Shown: in pieces, positions 10,112 to 21,773 of the stretch
Layout of the letters: each line of letters opens with the position of its first letter
Position numbering within the stretch: the first letter of the stretch is position 1
Made by a program: the position numbers and the translations under genes
IMG/VR virus record: IMGVR_UViG_3300046779_001412
Span: 64,001-128,000 of that record
Source of the DNA: a virus
Strand: one strand, 5' to 3'
DNA length: 64,000 nt
Notes under the pieces: model-generated
Told to the model about the DNA's origin: nothing
The model's input: only the letters and a program-made list of their open reading frames with translations
The model's database searches: none

Positions 10112-10432
10112 TTAGGCTAATTCAAGTTCGCAAGCAGGGTAAGTAATTTTACCATCAAAGTCCAATTGGTTTTGTTCAAACTCTGTTAGGTAGTCATCTT
10201 CAACAACACTCCAATCCAGGATGTGCTCACGCACATAGTCATTGTTGGACTCAACCTTTGGACGAAGCAATTCAACAATAATACCCGGAGCATAACGAGT
10301 AGGATCAAAGTTGCGAACAACGTAATCACTCCCGCCTTTGGCTTTCCAGTAAGCCGCATCGCCGGTGCCAATAGAACCGTCTTCCATCCAGGCGTAGTTT
10401 TCGTAAACTTGAGTAGTGATTAGTAATTTCAT
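10112..10432 (-). CDS. hypothetical protein
   Basis: GGAG RBS, downstream of a sigma70 promoter. Confidence 0.7.
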   Translation of the reverse strand: MKLLITTQVYENYAWMEDGSIGTGDAAYWKAKGGSDYVVRNFDPTRYAPGIIVELLRPKVESNNDYVREHILDWSVVEDDYLTEFEQNQLDFDGKITYPACELELA

Positions 10433-10462
10433 TGCATGCTCCGTGTTGTTTACTATTCTATT

Positions 10463-10491
10463 ATTATACTAAAATGGCTATTTTTGGTCAA
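10463..10491 (-). promoter_or_regulatory. sigma70-type promoter
   Basis: TTGACC-17-TATAAT. Confidence 0.8.
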
Positions 10492-10492
10492 G

Positions 10493-10515
10493 AAAAAAGC
10501 GGCCCTGGGGCCGCT
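10493..10515 (-). terminator. intrinsic terminator
   Basis: AGCGGCCC/GGGCCGCT stem plus U tract. Confidence 0.75.
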
Positions 10516-10518
10516 GTG

Positions 10519-10887
10519 TTATGCTGCTTTTTTTGCAAGTTTTGCGGCTTTGTCTGCAAACCATTCTTCCACAAACTGGTTTGGATCTTGTCCCTTGCGT
10601 GGTTTGTCACCCACACGTTTTGTTTTTGTTACAGGAACTGCAACAGTTGCAGTCTTAGCAACCTTTGCTACTTTAGCAACACGCGGCATTTTGCCTGCTG
10701 TAATGCCTTGTGCACCAAGATAGTCAACCGCAGCTTCTTTGCCCATGCTGAATGGCAGTTTAAGCATGTTTACATCTGTTGCACCCAACTTTGCCAGAAC
10801 TGCCGCACGACCCTCGTCGTTAGCAAATTTGTAAACAGTTGCACCATTAACAACACATGTACCTGCGTAAGCAAAAAGTTTAGACAT
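10519..10887 (-). CDS. Lys/Ala-rich basic protein
   Basis: AGGAG RBS; VAK repeats; own promoter and terminator. Confidence 0.7.
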   Translation of the reverse strand: MSKLFAYAGTCVVNGATVYKFANDEGRAAVLAKLGATDVNMLKLPFSMGKEAAVDYLGAQGITAGKMPRVAKVAKVAKTATVAVPVTKTKRVGDKPRKGQDPNQFVEEWFADKAAKLAKKAA

Positions 10888-10917
10888 TTACAACTCCTTA
10901 TTAGTTACAGTACCATT

Positions 10918-10946
10918 ATTATATGAAAAAGGAAATAATTGGCCAA
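10918..10946 (-). promoter_or_regulatory. sigma70-type promoter
   Basis: TTGGCC-17-TATAAT. Confidence 0.6.
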
Positions 10947-10961
10947 CCAAAATTTTGTTGC

Positions 10962-11246
10962 TTATTCAGCAACACTTAACATATTCATAGGAACCTTCCA
11001 AAGCCCTTGCCCCGTACTCACTGTGGCGTATTTTAATGCAACTTTTGCAACCTTGCCACGTAAAGTGATACCACGTTTGGTGCTGTAGAACTGTACATCG
11101 CTGCCTATATGTATAGCATGACGAGCTTGTTTTACTAGATTTGCTCTTGCATATCTAACAGCATCAATAATGCTGCTCAATTGCGAGTCTGTAAACGTGC
11201 CGCCTATTATTGCAGCATTGATGTCCTGGATAGAAAGTTGCGACAT
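10962..11246 (-). CDS. hypothetical protein
   Basis: GGAGG RBS. Confidence 0.7.
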   Translation of the reverse strand: MSQLSIQDINAAIIGGTFTDSQLSSIIDAVRYARANLVKQARHAIHIGSDVQFYSTKRGITLRGKVAKVALKYATVSTGQGLWKVPMNMLSVAE

Positions 11247-11276
11247 AAAAAACCTCCAATAAGTCTTAATATCAAC

Positions 11277-11305
11277 ATTGTAGACTTATTGGAGTTTATG
11301 GTCAA
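11277..11305 (-). promoter_or_regulatory. sigma70-type promoter
   Basis: TTGACC-17-TACAAT. Confidence 0.7.
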
Positions 11306-11323
11306 CCGTGTGCTGTTGTGATT

Positions 11324-12619
11324 TTAGTAACGATAGGTGTCAGGTTTGAAAGGCCCTTGCACTGGCACGCCGATGTAGGCAGCTTGGTCTGCACTGAGTT
11401 CTGTGAGCTTGGCACCAACGTGTCCAAGATGCAGTCTTGCAACTTCTTCATCCATGTGTTTAGGCAGTAGATACAGTTGTCCTGCTTGGTATTTTTCGTT
11501 GTCACGATGTTGCCATAGTTCAATCTGAGCTAGGACTTGATTTGTAAAACTATTGCTCATAACATAACTTGGATGACCTGTGGCGCAGCCAAGATTAACC
11601 AATCTGCCCTTGGCCAACACAATCAAGCGTTTGCCGTTGGGGAAAATCACATGGTCTACCAAGGGTTTGATTTCTCGCCACTCAAGATCCTGCAAGCCAG
11701 CGATGTCTATTTCACTATCAAAGTGCCCAATATTACACACAATCGCATTGTTTTTCATGCGCTCCATGTGTTCGCGTGTGATAACATTGATGTTTCCTGT
11801 GGCAGTCACGTAGATATCAGCCTTGTCAGCTGCATACTTCATGGTGGTAACTTTGTAGCCTTCCATGGATGCTTGTAGTGCGCAGATTGGATCAATTTCA
11901 GTAACCCACACAATGGCACCCAGGGCACGTAAGGCCTGTGCTGATCCTTTGCCCACATCGCCGTATCCGCAGACCACAGCGGTCTTGCCTGCGATCATGA
12001 CATCTGTGGCACGTTTGATAGCGTCCACTAGACTTTCACGACAGCCATAAAGATTATCAAACTTGGCCTTGGTCACTGAATCGTTTACGTTGATAGCCGG
12101 CAGCAACAGCGTGCCAGCACGAATACGTTCAACTAACTTGTGTATACCGGTTGTGGTTTCTTCGCTCACACCCACAATGCCTGCAATCAACTCAGGGTGC
12201 TTGTCATGTACCAGACCTGTGAGATCATGCCCATCATCCAGTAACATGTTTGGGCGCCAGTTATCAGGACCTGTTAAGGTTTGTTCTATACACCACCAAT
12301 ATTCTTCTTCGGTTTCACCTTTCCAGGCAAACACAGGAATACCCTGTGCTGCCAAAGCAGCAGCCGCATGATCTTGTGTGCTAAAAATATTACAAGAACT
12401 CCAGCGTACTTCTGCACCCAGAGCCACAAGTGTTTCAACTAACACAGCAGTCTGAATTGTCATGTGCAGACTACCTGCAATACGTGCACCTGCGAGTGGT
12501 TGACTGTCGCGATATTTTTCACGCACAGCCACTAGGCCGGGCATCTCATACTCGGCAATTTCAATTTCTGCTCTGCCCCATGCGGCTAGATCAATGTTGG
12601 CTACTCGGTAATCTGTCAT
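11324..12619 (-). CDS. ahcY: adenosylhomocysteinase (SAH hydrolase)
   Basis: [40 protein letters not shown]. Confidence 0.97.
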   Translation of the reverse strand: MTDYRVANIDLAAWGRAEIEIAEYEMPGLVAVREKYRDSQPLAGARIAGSLHMTIQTAVLVETLVALGAEVRWSSCNIFSTQDHAAAALAAQGIPVFAWKGETEEEYWWCIEQTLTGPDNWRPNMLLDDGHDLTGLVHDKHPELIAGIVGVSEETTTGIHKLVERIRAGTLLLPAINVNDSVTKAKFDNLYGCRESLVDAIKRATDVMIAGKTAVVCGYGDVGKGSAQALRALGAIVWVTEIDPICALQASMEGYKVTTMKYAADKADIYVTATGNINVITREHMERMKNNAIVCNIGHFDSEIDIAGLQDLEWREIKPLVDHVIFPNGKRLIVLAKGRLVNLGCATGHPSYVMSNSFTNQVLAQIELWQHRDNEKYQAGQLYLLPKHMDEEVARLHLGHVGAKLTELSADQAAYIGVPVQGPFKPDTYRY

Positions 12620-12789
12620 TATCTTGAATCCTTGCGTTCATTTTTGTTGCTTCTTGGTGGTGCCATACGACTCTGTAATTCAGCTTGCACCATGCTACGA
12701 ATAAAATGACCACGGCGATCTGCGTCTAATATTCTAGCTGCCATCATTTTACTGGGCTTGCTTAAACGAAAATGTCTGTTGGCGTTCAT
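12619..12789 (-). CDS. 56-aa hypothetical protein
   Basis: Manual translation [11 protein letters not shown]...; overlaps rpoZ stop and ahcY start. Confidence 0.6.
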   Translation of the reverse strand: MNANRHFRLSKPSKMMAARILDADRRGHFIRSMVQAELQSRMAPPRSNKNERKDSR

Positions 12790-13043
12790 CGTGTGTTTCT
12801 CCTTCGTTGTGTGTATTCAGGTGGTTGGCGTTTTAACCAGGTTCGGTCCACTTTGTCTGCTGCAATTTCATGCATAGCAGTGCTCAAAGGACTGTTGCCT
12901 TGGTTTACCATGGCAGCGTGTCCTGCTTTAAGTTCACGTATGCGTTGACCTAGCACTAATACAGTGTCAAATTGATTGCCAATTTTTTTTACAATAGCTT
13001 GGCTGCTTAAACTGACCGGATCTCTGTTGCTGTAATGTTCCAT
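12786..13043 (-). CDS. rpoZ: RNA polymerase omega subunit-like protein
   Basis: IGNQFDTVLVLGQRIREL..STAMHEIA matches the RpoZ pattern. Confidence 0.75.
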   Translation of the reverse strand: MEHYSNRDPVSLSSQAIVKKIGNQFDTVLVLGQRIRELKAGHAAMVNQGNSPLSTAMHEIAADKVDRTWLKRQPPEYTQRRRNTR

Positions 13044-13094
13044 TTGGTCTCCTGTGTGATAATTATGCGCATTTGCTTCAAAGCATAGAAAAAC

Positions 13095-13116
13095 AAAGCC
13101 CGCCGGAGCGGGCTTT
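13095..13116 (-). terminator. intrinsic terminator after groEL
   Basis: AAAGCCCGC/GCGGGCTTT stem. Confidence 0.75.
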
Positions 13117-13123
13117 GAGTGTT

Positions 13124-15041
<1,918 letters not shown>

Positions 15042-15211
15042 CGTTGCCTTCTCCTTTTCAATATAAGCAAGAAAGTATGCACAGTCTCACCCGAGCACTG
15101 TGCAAAGGTTATTTATAACATAGAAATTGGGTTAAAACAACTTTTTTGGTAATTGACTGGTTACGAGTTCCAGCGGTGCTCAATTGTTGCACCCGATTTA
15201 CAAAAATCATT

Positions 15212-15235
15212 AAAAAAGGCACCTAGGTGCCTTTT
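15212..15235. terminator. bidirectional terminator after porin gene
   Basis: AAAAGGCACC/GGTGCCTTTT palindrome. Confidence 0.7.
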
Positions 15236-15247
15236 AACCTTGACTAA

Positions 15248-16660
15248 TTAGAAACTTAACTGACCACGTAGCATTACTGCCTTTTCGCCATTTACACGAC
15301 TACCTGATGTGCCTACAACTGCATCAAATTTAGTGTCAACGTAGTTTAGCATGAAACGCACATTGTCGTTCCAGAACCATGTTACGCCATAAGTCATTGC
15401 AGTAGCACGATTGCTTTTGCCAGTTGCTACTGAAATATCTTCAGCATTGAATTCACTGGCACGTACAGCAACTTGCCATGCACCTGGACCACCACTGGTT
15501 ACAGCGGTGTTAGGTTTGATCCAATTGAAAATACCATTTCTGTAGTTGTGGCTTTCACCTGTTAGGTTATACACCGCTTGAACATAGTGACCTTTGATCT
15601 CTTGATCTGAACCAGTGGTAGGATCATACTTGAAATTAAACTGTTCACCTTGTAACTTTACATTCTTCCAAGCAAATGCTGCTTCAAGACCTTGGCGTGT
15701 ACGTTCTGTTTCACCACTCATTGCTGAACCTGTGAACCATGCACTTTGATTTCGTGCTTCAGTACGACCACTGGCAGCAGTAACACCAGTCTTGATGTTG
15801 CCTGTACTGTATGCGGCACCTAAGTGCGCAACAAAGTCTTTGTTCTGAATTACTTCGGCAATGTTTGTAGTTACACGACCAATGATATCTGCACCATCAA
15901 CTGTGGCAGATTTATTAGCACGACCACGACTTGCTGCTAAAGCATAAGTGAATCCAGTTGCAGGAACACCATGAATCATTACACCAGTTTCTTTTGCTGG
16001 AATCAATTCGCTGTCATTCTGACCAACTAAACTACGTTCCATAAAATCGATGTTGTTTGAACTGGTCAACTGTTCCAAACTGAATGGCATCTTAAATGTA
16101 CCAAACTGAAATTGAGCAGCAGGGTTAGCATCATAGTTTACCCAGAACTCATCAATGGTACTTGAAGTAGAACTTGCACCAACATCATTACCAAAGTTTG
16201 CTAACAATTGATATTTGAAATCTTTGGCAATTTGTCCACGCACACCAAAACGACCTCTACGCATTTCCATTGCATCTTGGTAACCATCTGTAGTTTGACC
16301 TGATGCATAGTCTGGACTGTAGTTTCTATAATCCATGTGAATACGACCAGTAAACTGCGCAGTGGTATTACCATCTTTTGATTTGATGCCTAGACCGTTC
16401 TCCATAACAGCACCATCGTTGCTCTTGCTCAAACGATAGTTGTTGTTATCTCTCAGATCTTTGTCAATGCGACTGGAATTGAATTGTGAATTCTCCAAAC
16501 GATCACGGTGTGCTGTGATGCGTGTATCATACTCTTGGCGAGTAATGATGTTCTTTTGTAGCAGCAGATCTAGTGTGTCAGTGTATTCATCTGCCATTGC
16601 AGGTGCAATGAAGACCGACATCAAGATTGCTGCTAGTGCTAATTTTTTAAATGTTTTCAT
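15248..16660 (-). CDS. phosphate-selective porin (OprO/OprP-like)
   Basis: Signal peptide, FKMPFSLEQLTSS..FMERS, terminal Phe, adjacent to pstS. Confidence 0.85.
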   Translation of the reverse strand: MKTFKKLALAAILMSVFIAPAMADEYTDTLDLLLQKNIITRQEYDTRITAHRDRLENSQFNSSRIDKDLRDNNNYRLSKSNDGAVMENGLGIKSKDGNTTAQFTGRIHMDYRNYSPDYASGQTTDGYQDAMEMRRGRFGVRGQIAKDFKYQLLANFGNDVGASSTSSTIDEFWVNYDANPAAQFQFGTFKMPFSLEQLTSSNNIDFMERSLVGQNDSELIPAKETGVMIHGVPATGFTYALAASRGRANKSATVDGADIIGRVTTNIAEVIQNKDFVAHLGAAYSTGNIKTGVTAASGRTEARNQSAWFTGSAMSGETERTRQGLEAAFAWKNVKLQGEQFNFKYDPTTGSDQEIKGHYVQAVYNLTGESHNYRNGIFNWIKPNTAVTSGGPGAWQVAVRASEFNAEDISVATGKSNRATAMTYGVTWFWNDNVRFMLNYVDTKFDAVVGTSGSRVNGEKAVMLRGQLSF

Positions 16661-16725
16661 ATAAAATCCTTAAATTGTTGACAACCAGTAATGGTAACAT
16701 TTCCAACTACTAGTTGTCAAGTTTA

Positions 16726-17751
16726 TTATTTCCAAACTGCTGCGCCATCAGGACCTTTGAAGTCACGACGCCAATTGTCTTGAACCAACTTGATTACAGA
16801 CTGAGGCATATGAACATACTCGAGTTCCTCACTCATCTTGGAACCATTTTTGTAGGACCAATCGAAGAACTTAAGAATAGCACGACCAGTTAAAGCATCT
16901 GCTTGCTGTTTGTGCATTAGAATAAAACTTGCACCAGTTGCTGGCCAAGCATCTTTACCTGGTTGCCAAGTTAGTAATTGATACATACCTGGAGCATTGT
17001 TCCAATCTGCATTAGCTGCCGCTGCTTTGAATGTTGTATCGTCAGGTAATACAAAGTTACCATCGCGATTTTTTAAGGCTGCGTAGGCAATTTTATTTTT
17101 CTTTGCATAAGCATATTCGACATAACCGAATGCACCTTTGATACGCTGCACTTGTGCTGCAACACCTTCATTACCTTTACCACCCACACCTACAGGCCAT
17201 TTAACTGCTGTACCTTCACCTACAACTTTAGCAAACTCAGGATTTGCTTTGCCAAGATAATTGGTCCAAACAAAAGTTGTGCCTGAACCATCTGCACGAT
17301 GAATTACAGTAATGTTGGTTGCCGGTAATGTGATACCTTGGTTCAACTCAACGATTGCTTTGTCATTCCATTTAGTAATCTTACCTAAGTGAATACCTGC
17401 CACAACATCACTTGTTAGTTTTAATTGCCCTGGTTCTATACCATCAAGGTTAACCACAGGAACAACACCACCAATAATTGCTGGAAATTGTACAAGACCT
17501 TCTTTGTCTAGTTCTTCTGGTTTCAATGGCATGTCACTAGCGCCAAAGTCCACTGTCTTGGCCTTGATTTGACGAATACCACCACCTGAACCAATGGATT
17601 GATAATTGAGTCCTATGCCTGTTGCTGCTTTATATGCTTCTGCCCACTTAGCATAGATTGGATAAGGGAATGTAGCACCTGCACCTGTTAAGTCTGCTGC
17701 ATGGGCATTCAATGACAGTGCAGTCAATGCCGTAAACAAAAGTTTTTTCAT
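16726..17751 (-). CDS. pstS: phosphate-binding protein PstS
   Basis: GAGATFP, GSGGG, DFGASD, RADGSGTT; start at ATG 17751. Confidence 0.96.
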   Translation of the reverse strand: MKKLLFTALTALSLNAHAADLTGAGATFPYPIYAKWAEAYKAATGIGLNYQSIGSGGGIRQIKAKTVDFGASDMPLKPEELDKEGLVQFPAIIGGVVPVVNLDGIEPGQLKLTSDVVAGIHLGKITKWNDKAIVELNQGITLPATNITVIHRADGSGTTFVWTNYLGKANPEFAKVVGEGTAVKWPVGVGGKGNEGVAAQVQRIKGAFGYVEYAYAKKNKIAYAALKNRDGNFVLPDDTTFKAAAANADWNNAPGMYQLLTWQPGKDAWPATGASFILMHKQQADALTGRAILKFFDWSYKNGSKMSEELEYVHMPQSVIKLVQDNWRRDFKGPDGAAVWK

Positions 17752-17799
17752 GTGTAATCTCCATATTATGTGCAATGCACAATTAATATTTAAACACAT

Positions 17800-17821
17800 A
17801 CATATTACAACTGCGTTACAA
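17800..17821 (-). promoter_or_regulatory. Pho box-like tandem 11-bp repeat
   Basis: TTGTAACGCAG-TTGTAATATGT upstream of pstS. Confidence 0.6.
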
Positions 17822-17844
17822 AAGTGGGATTTGGAGAAATTAAA

Positions 17845-18045
17845 TTACATACCGCGTGGAGAGTAATGTTGGATATAGATACAGCGTGCGCTGACTTTGT
17901 AGCCATCTGTGTACCAAGTGGCGCTGACACGAGCACGTTCACGCTGGCAGTCTTCGTAGTTATGTTGTGGGGCCTGTATAATACCTTTGCTCTGTGTTTG
18001 ACCATAGGGCTGTGCAAGATACAAACTGATAACAAGAATCCACAT
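17845..18045 (-). CDS. small hypothetical protein
   Basis: Follows TAAATA; hydrophobic N-terminus. Confidence 0.5.
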   Translation of the reverse strand: MWILVISLYLAQPYGQTQSKGIIQAPQHNYEDCQRERARVSATWYTDGYKVSARCIYIQHYSPRGM

Positions 18046-18062
18046 GTTGATATTTATTAATG

Positions 18063-18085
18063 AAAAAGCCCGCCGAAGCGGGCCT
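18063..18085 (-). terminator. terminator after tmRNA
   Basis: GCCCGC-TTCG-GCGGGC plus U5. Confidence 0.85.
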
Positions 18086-18385
18086 ACTATTTTGGGTGAC
18101 AAGGCATAGTTGCCTCGGAGATTAGGCTGCTAGAGCGAAAATCTCGTCGTTAGCTGCGTTTGCAGTTATCATTTTTCGCTGATTACGTCAGTCGACTCTC
18201 GTGTTGTCCACTCGCCTACTCTTGACCCTGTCGAAACCTTGACTGGCCCATCAGAAACATACTTCGTCCTGCAGTACGGTCCTTTTCACAAAGAGTCGCA
18301 CGGTCTGCAAATATGTTTCTGGTGGACCAGGTGGGAGTCGAACCCACGTCCAGAACCCTTTTTGGGTCGCTTCATACAACAATAC
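18086..18385 (-). ncRNA. ssrA: circularly permuted (two-piece) tmRNA
   Basis: T arm and CTGGTCC-ACCA (3' end 18320) come first, then a spacer, then 5' GGGCCAG (18249) with G3:U70; tag ANAANDEIFALAA* at 18163..18122; outer ends approximate. Confidence 0.92.
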
Positions 18386-18396
18386 AATTATTTATT

Positions 18397-18981
18397 TTAT
18401 AGAACTTGTTGAATTTTGTCAAGTATGATATTGACCACTTGACTGCTGAGTACAACCTCGTAATGATTGAACGGCATTTCAATGATCTCAAAATCATCAC
18501 GATAAAGCATACTCTGTAAAGTAACCACACCATCATTGGGTTCTTTGATCCAGGGACTTTGACCCACTGTGGTTACAATCTGAGTCCAGTTTGGCGGTGA
18601 CGCAATCTTTCTACTGTCCTGCATTGGCGCACTCATGGTACCTATGTCTTTCATTAGTTTATTGAAAGGCAAAAAGTACTTGGCAAAATCTGCTTGTTCA
18701 CTGCCACCATAGGGTGTGCTTAGACTTACGCCACCTCGAGTGGTTTCGCGATAGTGATCCGCGAGAAACAAACTATAAATGCCACCAAGACTGTGACTTA
18801 TAAAGAACAATCTTTCTGCATCATCTAGCCGGCCCATCATGTGCGCTAGATTATGAGCAAAGCCATTTTCGCTGCGATACTCCAGCATGATGTCGGGTTC
18901 TTCGTAGTGATCCCGCACGAACTGACGAATGTAGCTAAAACTCTCCGCAGTGGCGCTGGCACCATGTATGTAAACAATCAT
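18397..18981 (-). CDS. alpha/beta hydrolase (esterase/lipase-like)
   Basis: YIHG, SHSLGG, NDGVV, catalytic His. Confidence 0.85.
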   Translation of the reverse strand: MIVYIHGASATAESFSYIRQFVRDHYEEPDIMLEYRSENGFAHNLAHMMGRLDDAERLFFISHSLGGIYSLFLADHYRETTRGGVSLSTPYGGSEQADFAKYFLPFNKLMKDIGTMSAPMQDSRKIASPPNWTQIVTTVGQSPWIKEPNDGVVTLQSMLYRDDFEIIEMPFNHYEVVLSSQVVNIILDKIQQVL

Positions 18982-18984
18982 ACA

Positions 18985-19212
18985 TTATTTGACCTTGAGC
19001 TGTTGCTCTTTGACTGCTTTGATTTTGTCTGCATCTTCTTTGGTAATGTAACGCACAGCATGATCATCAAATGGAGCAATTTTCCAGCCCCAAGATTTCC
19101 AATACTTTGCAATTAAATTGTTTACAATCAATACTCCACTGATAATCACTATACTTCCAATGGCTATTAGTATCGAGGAGGCTAAAAATACAGCCGCTTG
19201 ATCCATGTTCAT
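18985..19212 (-). CDS. small membrane protein
   Basis: N-terminal transmembrane segment. Confidence 0.6.
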   Translation of the reverse strand: MNMDQAAVFLASSILIAIGSIVIISGVLIVNNLIAKYWKSWGWKIAPFDDHAVRYITKEDADKIKAVKEQQLKVK

Positions 19213-19239
19213 TATACTATCCTAAACTTTGATTTGTAT

Positions 19240-19836
19240 TTACACAAAATTACAACAGGCTATGTTTGAAGTGCTTTGATGCAGCAAACGCCAGCCCTGC
19301 GATAACAACCAAGGCACAGCGGTGCCGCCCTTACCATCAAAAGCCACGCCGTCCCAGGTGCGAGTATCGTCAAAATGTATCACACACCGTTCAGCTGCAG
19401 CCGCTGCTACTAACTTGGCCTGATCTAGATGAGCTTGCTGACTATTTGCATTGTTCATTACTAGACCAAATTCTTGATATCTAGCAATTTGCCGTTGCAC
19501 ATACATCGGGGGTTCGCCCTCGTAATAGTTCCAGTCAAAATTGTCAAGATAAGCCCAACAGATTTTTTCACCAGTTGGTAGTAAATGATCAGCTAGAAAG
19601 TCTTCTCCCCGTAGCTGATGTGCATGCATATTTGCTATGTGATTTTTGTATCGGTTGATAATCTTGTGAGCTTCAGGATCGAAGTCTACACTATGATATT
19701 GAAATTCAGGTCTTGCAGCAGCAATGCCGGCAAAGAAGTCGGTACTTCCTTCGCCGCGACCTGCACCAATTTCTACAATTGCACCCTTGAGTTGATCAAG
19801 GTATCGTGATATAAGATGATGATTTCTAGCGCCCAT
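19240..19836 (-). CDS. class I SAM methyltransferase-like protein
   Basis: VEIGAGRG, SVD, YLD motifs. Confidence 0.65.
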   Translation of the reverse strand: MGARNHHLISRYLDQLKGAIVEIGAGRGEGSTDFFAGIAAARPEFQYHSVDFDPEAHKIINRYKNHIANMHAHQLRGEDFLADHLLPTGEKICWAYLDNFDWNYYEGEPPMYVQRQIARYQEFGLVMNNANSQQAHLDQAKLVAAAAAERCVIHFDDTRTWDGVAFDGKGGTAVPWLLSQGWRLLHQSTSNIACCNFV

Positions 19837-19865
19837 GCACTGAGTATACACGATAAGTAAAAAAA

Positions 19866-20414
19866 ATGCTACCAAGAATTTACCTTTGTTGGTTTCCTTT
19901 GGTTTCTCGTTCCAAAGTGCGTTCCATGCAAACCATTACCGAATTGGTTAATCAGGCCAATGCCAGATCACCCGCGGCTTTGTCTAAATCCATGCGACTG
20001 AATTGGATGGTCCAGGATATTAATGAAAACGGAATGCTCAAACCAGTCGTAGTTGACAATAATTGGCAAACCATAGTTGGTGATACTAGACTCATGGCTG
20101 CGGATCTTTTGCAGTGGGACCAAGTGCCTGTGCTGGCACAACTCCTACAGCCAGAAACGCAGGTAATTTCTTGTGAACAAGAATTGGTCACGTATTGCAC
20201 AGTGCACACGCCATGCACCCCCAATCAAAGATCTTTGTTTACAGAGTCAGTTGACTGGGTAGACTTTGACATGCCACAGAGCCGTGATCATTGGCATGAT
20301 GCTGATCAAAGACTTGATCTAATGCAGCAATACCTTGATAGTCAGTCTGAAGACTTTGTGTTTGACCTAGCATGGTATAGATCATCAGTGGACTGGACGC
20401 AATGGTCAATATGA
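19866..20414 (+). CDS. ParB/Srx-like domain protein
   Basis: DINENGMLKPVVV..GDTRLMA. Confidence 0.5.
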   Translation: MLPRIYLCWFPLVSRSKVRSMQTITELVNQANARSPAALSKSMRLNWMVQDINENGMLKPVVVDNNWQTIVGDTRLMAADLLQWDQVPVLAQLLQPETQVISCEQELVTYCTVHTPCTPNQRSLFTESVDWVDFDMPQSRDHWHDADQRLDLMQQYLDSQSEDFVFDLAWYRSSVDWTQWSI

Positions 20415-21307
20415 GCAGGTAGTTTTTCTTTGAAGCTGGCCAAGAGGGCACGGTTATGCGCAGCAGCCTGAGCTAGTCTTGCATGATTTAAGATAGCATT
20501 AAAATTTTTCATCATGTCAACTACGGTATCCATGCGCTGCCAATGATTTTCAATGCTGTCATATCTGTGATGATCAACATAATCATCTAGTACATCAAAC
20601 CCATGCTCACGCAGCATACGCACAGTGCCTGGCGTACAATACACTAACCAGGGCCTAGGAGTTTGTAACACTCTAAAAATTTTCTCACTAATGGCTATGA
20701 CCCAATTGCTTACATAGGTTTCCATAACCAAGGTTATCTTACTGTCCATGGCAGCGTCATCTGGAGTCATATTCAGCAACAGTGGAACTCTAGTTTTTAG
20801 TTCATGATGTGCATCACCAAAGCCTATTAGGTCACAATCTGCACGCACGGTGTCAAAATTTATTTTTCTTTGATCAATACCTGGATCTGGGGCATGATAC
20901 AAACAATTGTAACTAACGTGGCCTTGATCCAACAAGCCATGTGAATACAGTTGGTACAACATACGCTGGCGCTCACCAGAAATACGATTAATCATGCAAT
21001 TAAAAAGTTTACTGGGCTGCTCCGTGGTATTCAAAATAGCAGCGCAATGATAGATGCCCCAGAAAAAAGGTGCTAGGTCAATCACATTACAACTGGGTTT
21101 ATGCAAGAATTGATTGTCAGTTACCACTAGAGGATAAGCATCAAGGTCCGACTGCATAATACACACAGCATCTACAGGCTTGACCAATATGCGAGGTGAA
21201 ATCTGTTGAAATCTTTTTACAATGCTGCGTTCTTGTTGCAAACATCCTGAATACCATATAGCATCATGGTGGGTGTCAACGTGTAGAAAATTTTTAGTTG
21301 CTGTCAT
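20342..21307 (-). CDS. hypothetical glycosyltransferase-like protein
   Basis: VMETY..SEKIFR..GFD motif, also in 24547..25629. Confidence 0.55.
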   Translation of the reverse strand: MTATKNFLHVDTHHDAIWYSGCLQQERSIVKRFQQISPRILVKPVDAVCIMQSDLDAYPLVVTDNQFLHKPSCNVIDLAPFFWGIYHCAAILNTTEQPSKLFNCMINRISGERQRMLYQLYSHGLLDQGHVSYNCLYHAPDPGIDQRKINFDTVRADCDLIGFGDAHHELKTRVPLLLNMTPDDAAMDSKITLVMETYVSNWVIAISEKIFRVLQTPRPWLVYCTPGTVRMLREHGFDVLDDYVDHHRYDSIENHWQRMDTVVDMMKNFNAILNHARLAQAAAHNRALLASFKEKLPAHIDHCVQSTDDLYHARSNTKSSD

Positions 21308-21773
21308 AATCTACTTCAGGCATGCTAAACAGAACAAAATTGTGTACCACAGGATTGAATCTAATCTTGAACCAACATTCTCCGGGCTCATCAAGATACC
21401 CATAGCTGCGTTTGATGCCGCCTTGTCGCAGTCTATATACTGCAAAATGATCAAGATCACGCAAGGGCTCACCTGATAGTTCTATCAGTTCTACTATTAC
21501 AGCACTTTCGTGGTCACTACGGTTCAGCACTTCAATACCAATGCTGCTGATCTGTGTGATATCATGAACAAAGTCAAATCTCTCCAGCGTGGGTTCGATG
21601 ATCACACGATCAACACAGGCACCCAGTATACGCCATTGTATGGCGTCAGGATTGCCTTTAGATCTTGCGTATAGCGAAAGTTTTTTGAGTATTTTTGGCT
21701 TCAAGGTATTGTTCATATACTGCCTGTTGTTCGCGTAACATTCGGTCTGCTTCTTGGCCGTCACGGTCTCCAA
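21294..21773 (-). CDS. hypothetical protein (start uncertain)
   Basis: ORF between radical SAM and GT-like genes. Confidence 0.45.
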   Translation of the reverse strand: METVTAKKQTECYANNRQYMNNTLKPKILKKLSLYARSKGNPDAIQWRILGACVDRVIIEPTLERFDFVHDITQISSIGIEVLNRSDHESAVIVELIELSGEPLRDLDHFAVYRLRQGGIKRSYGYLDEPGECWFKIRFNPVVHNFVLFSMPEVDYDSN

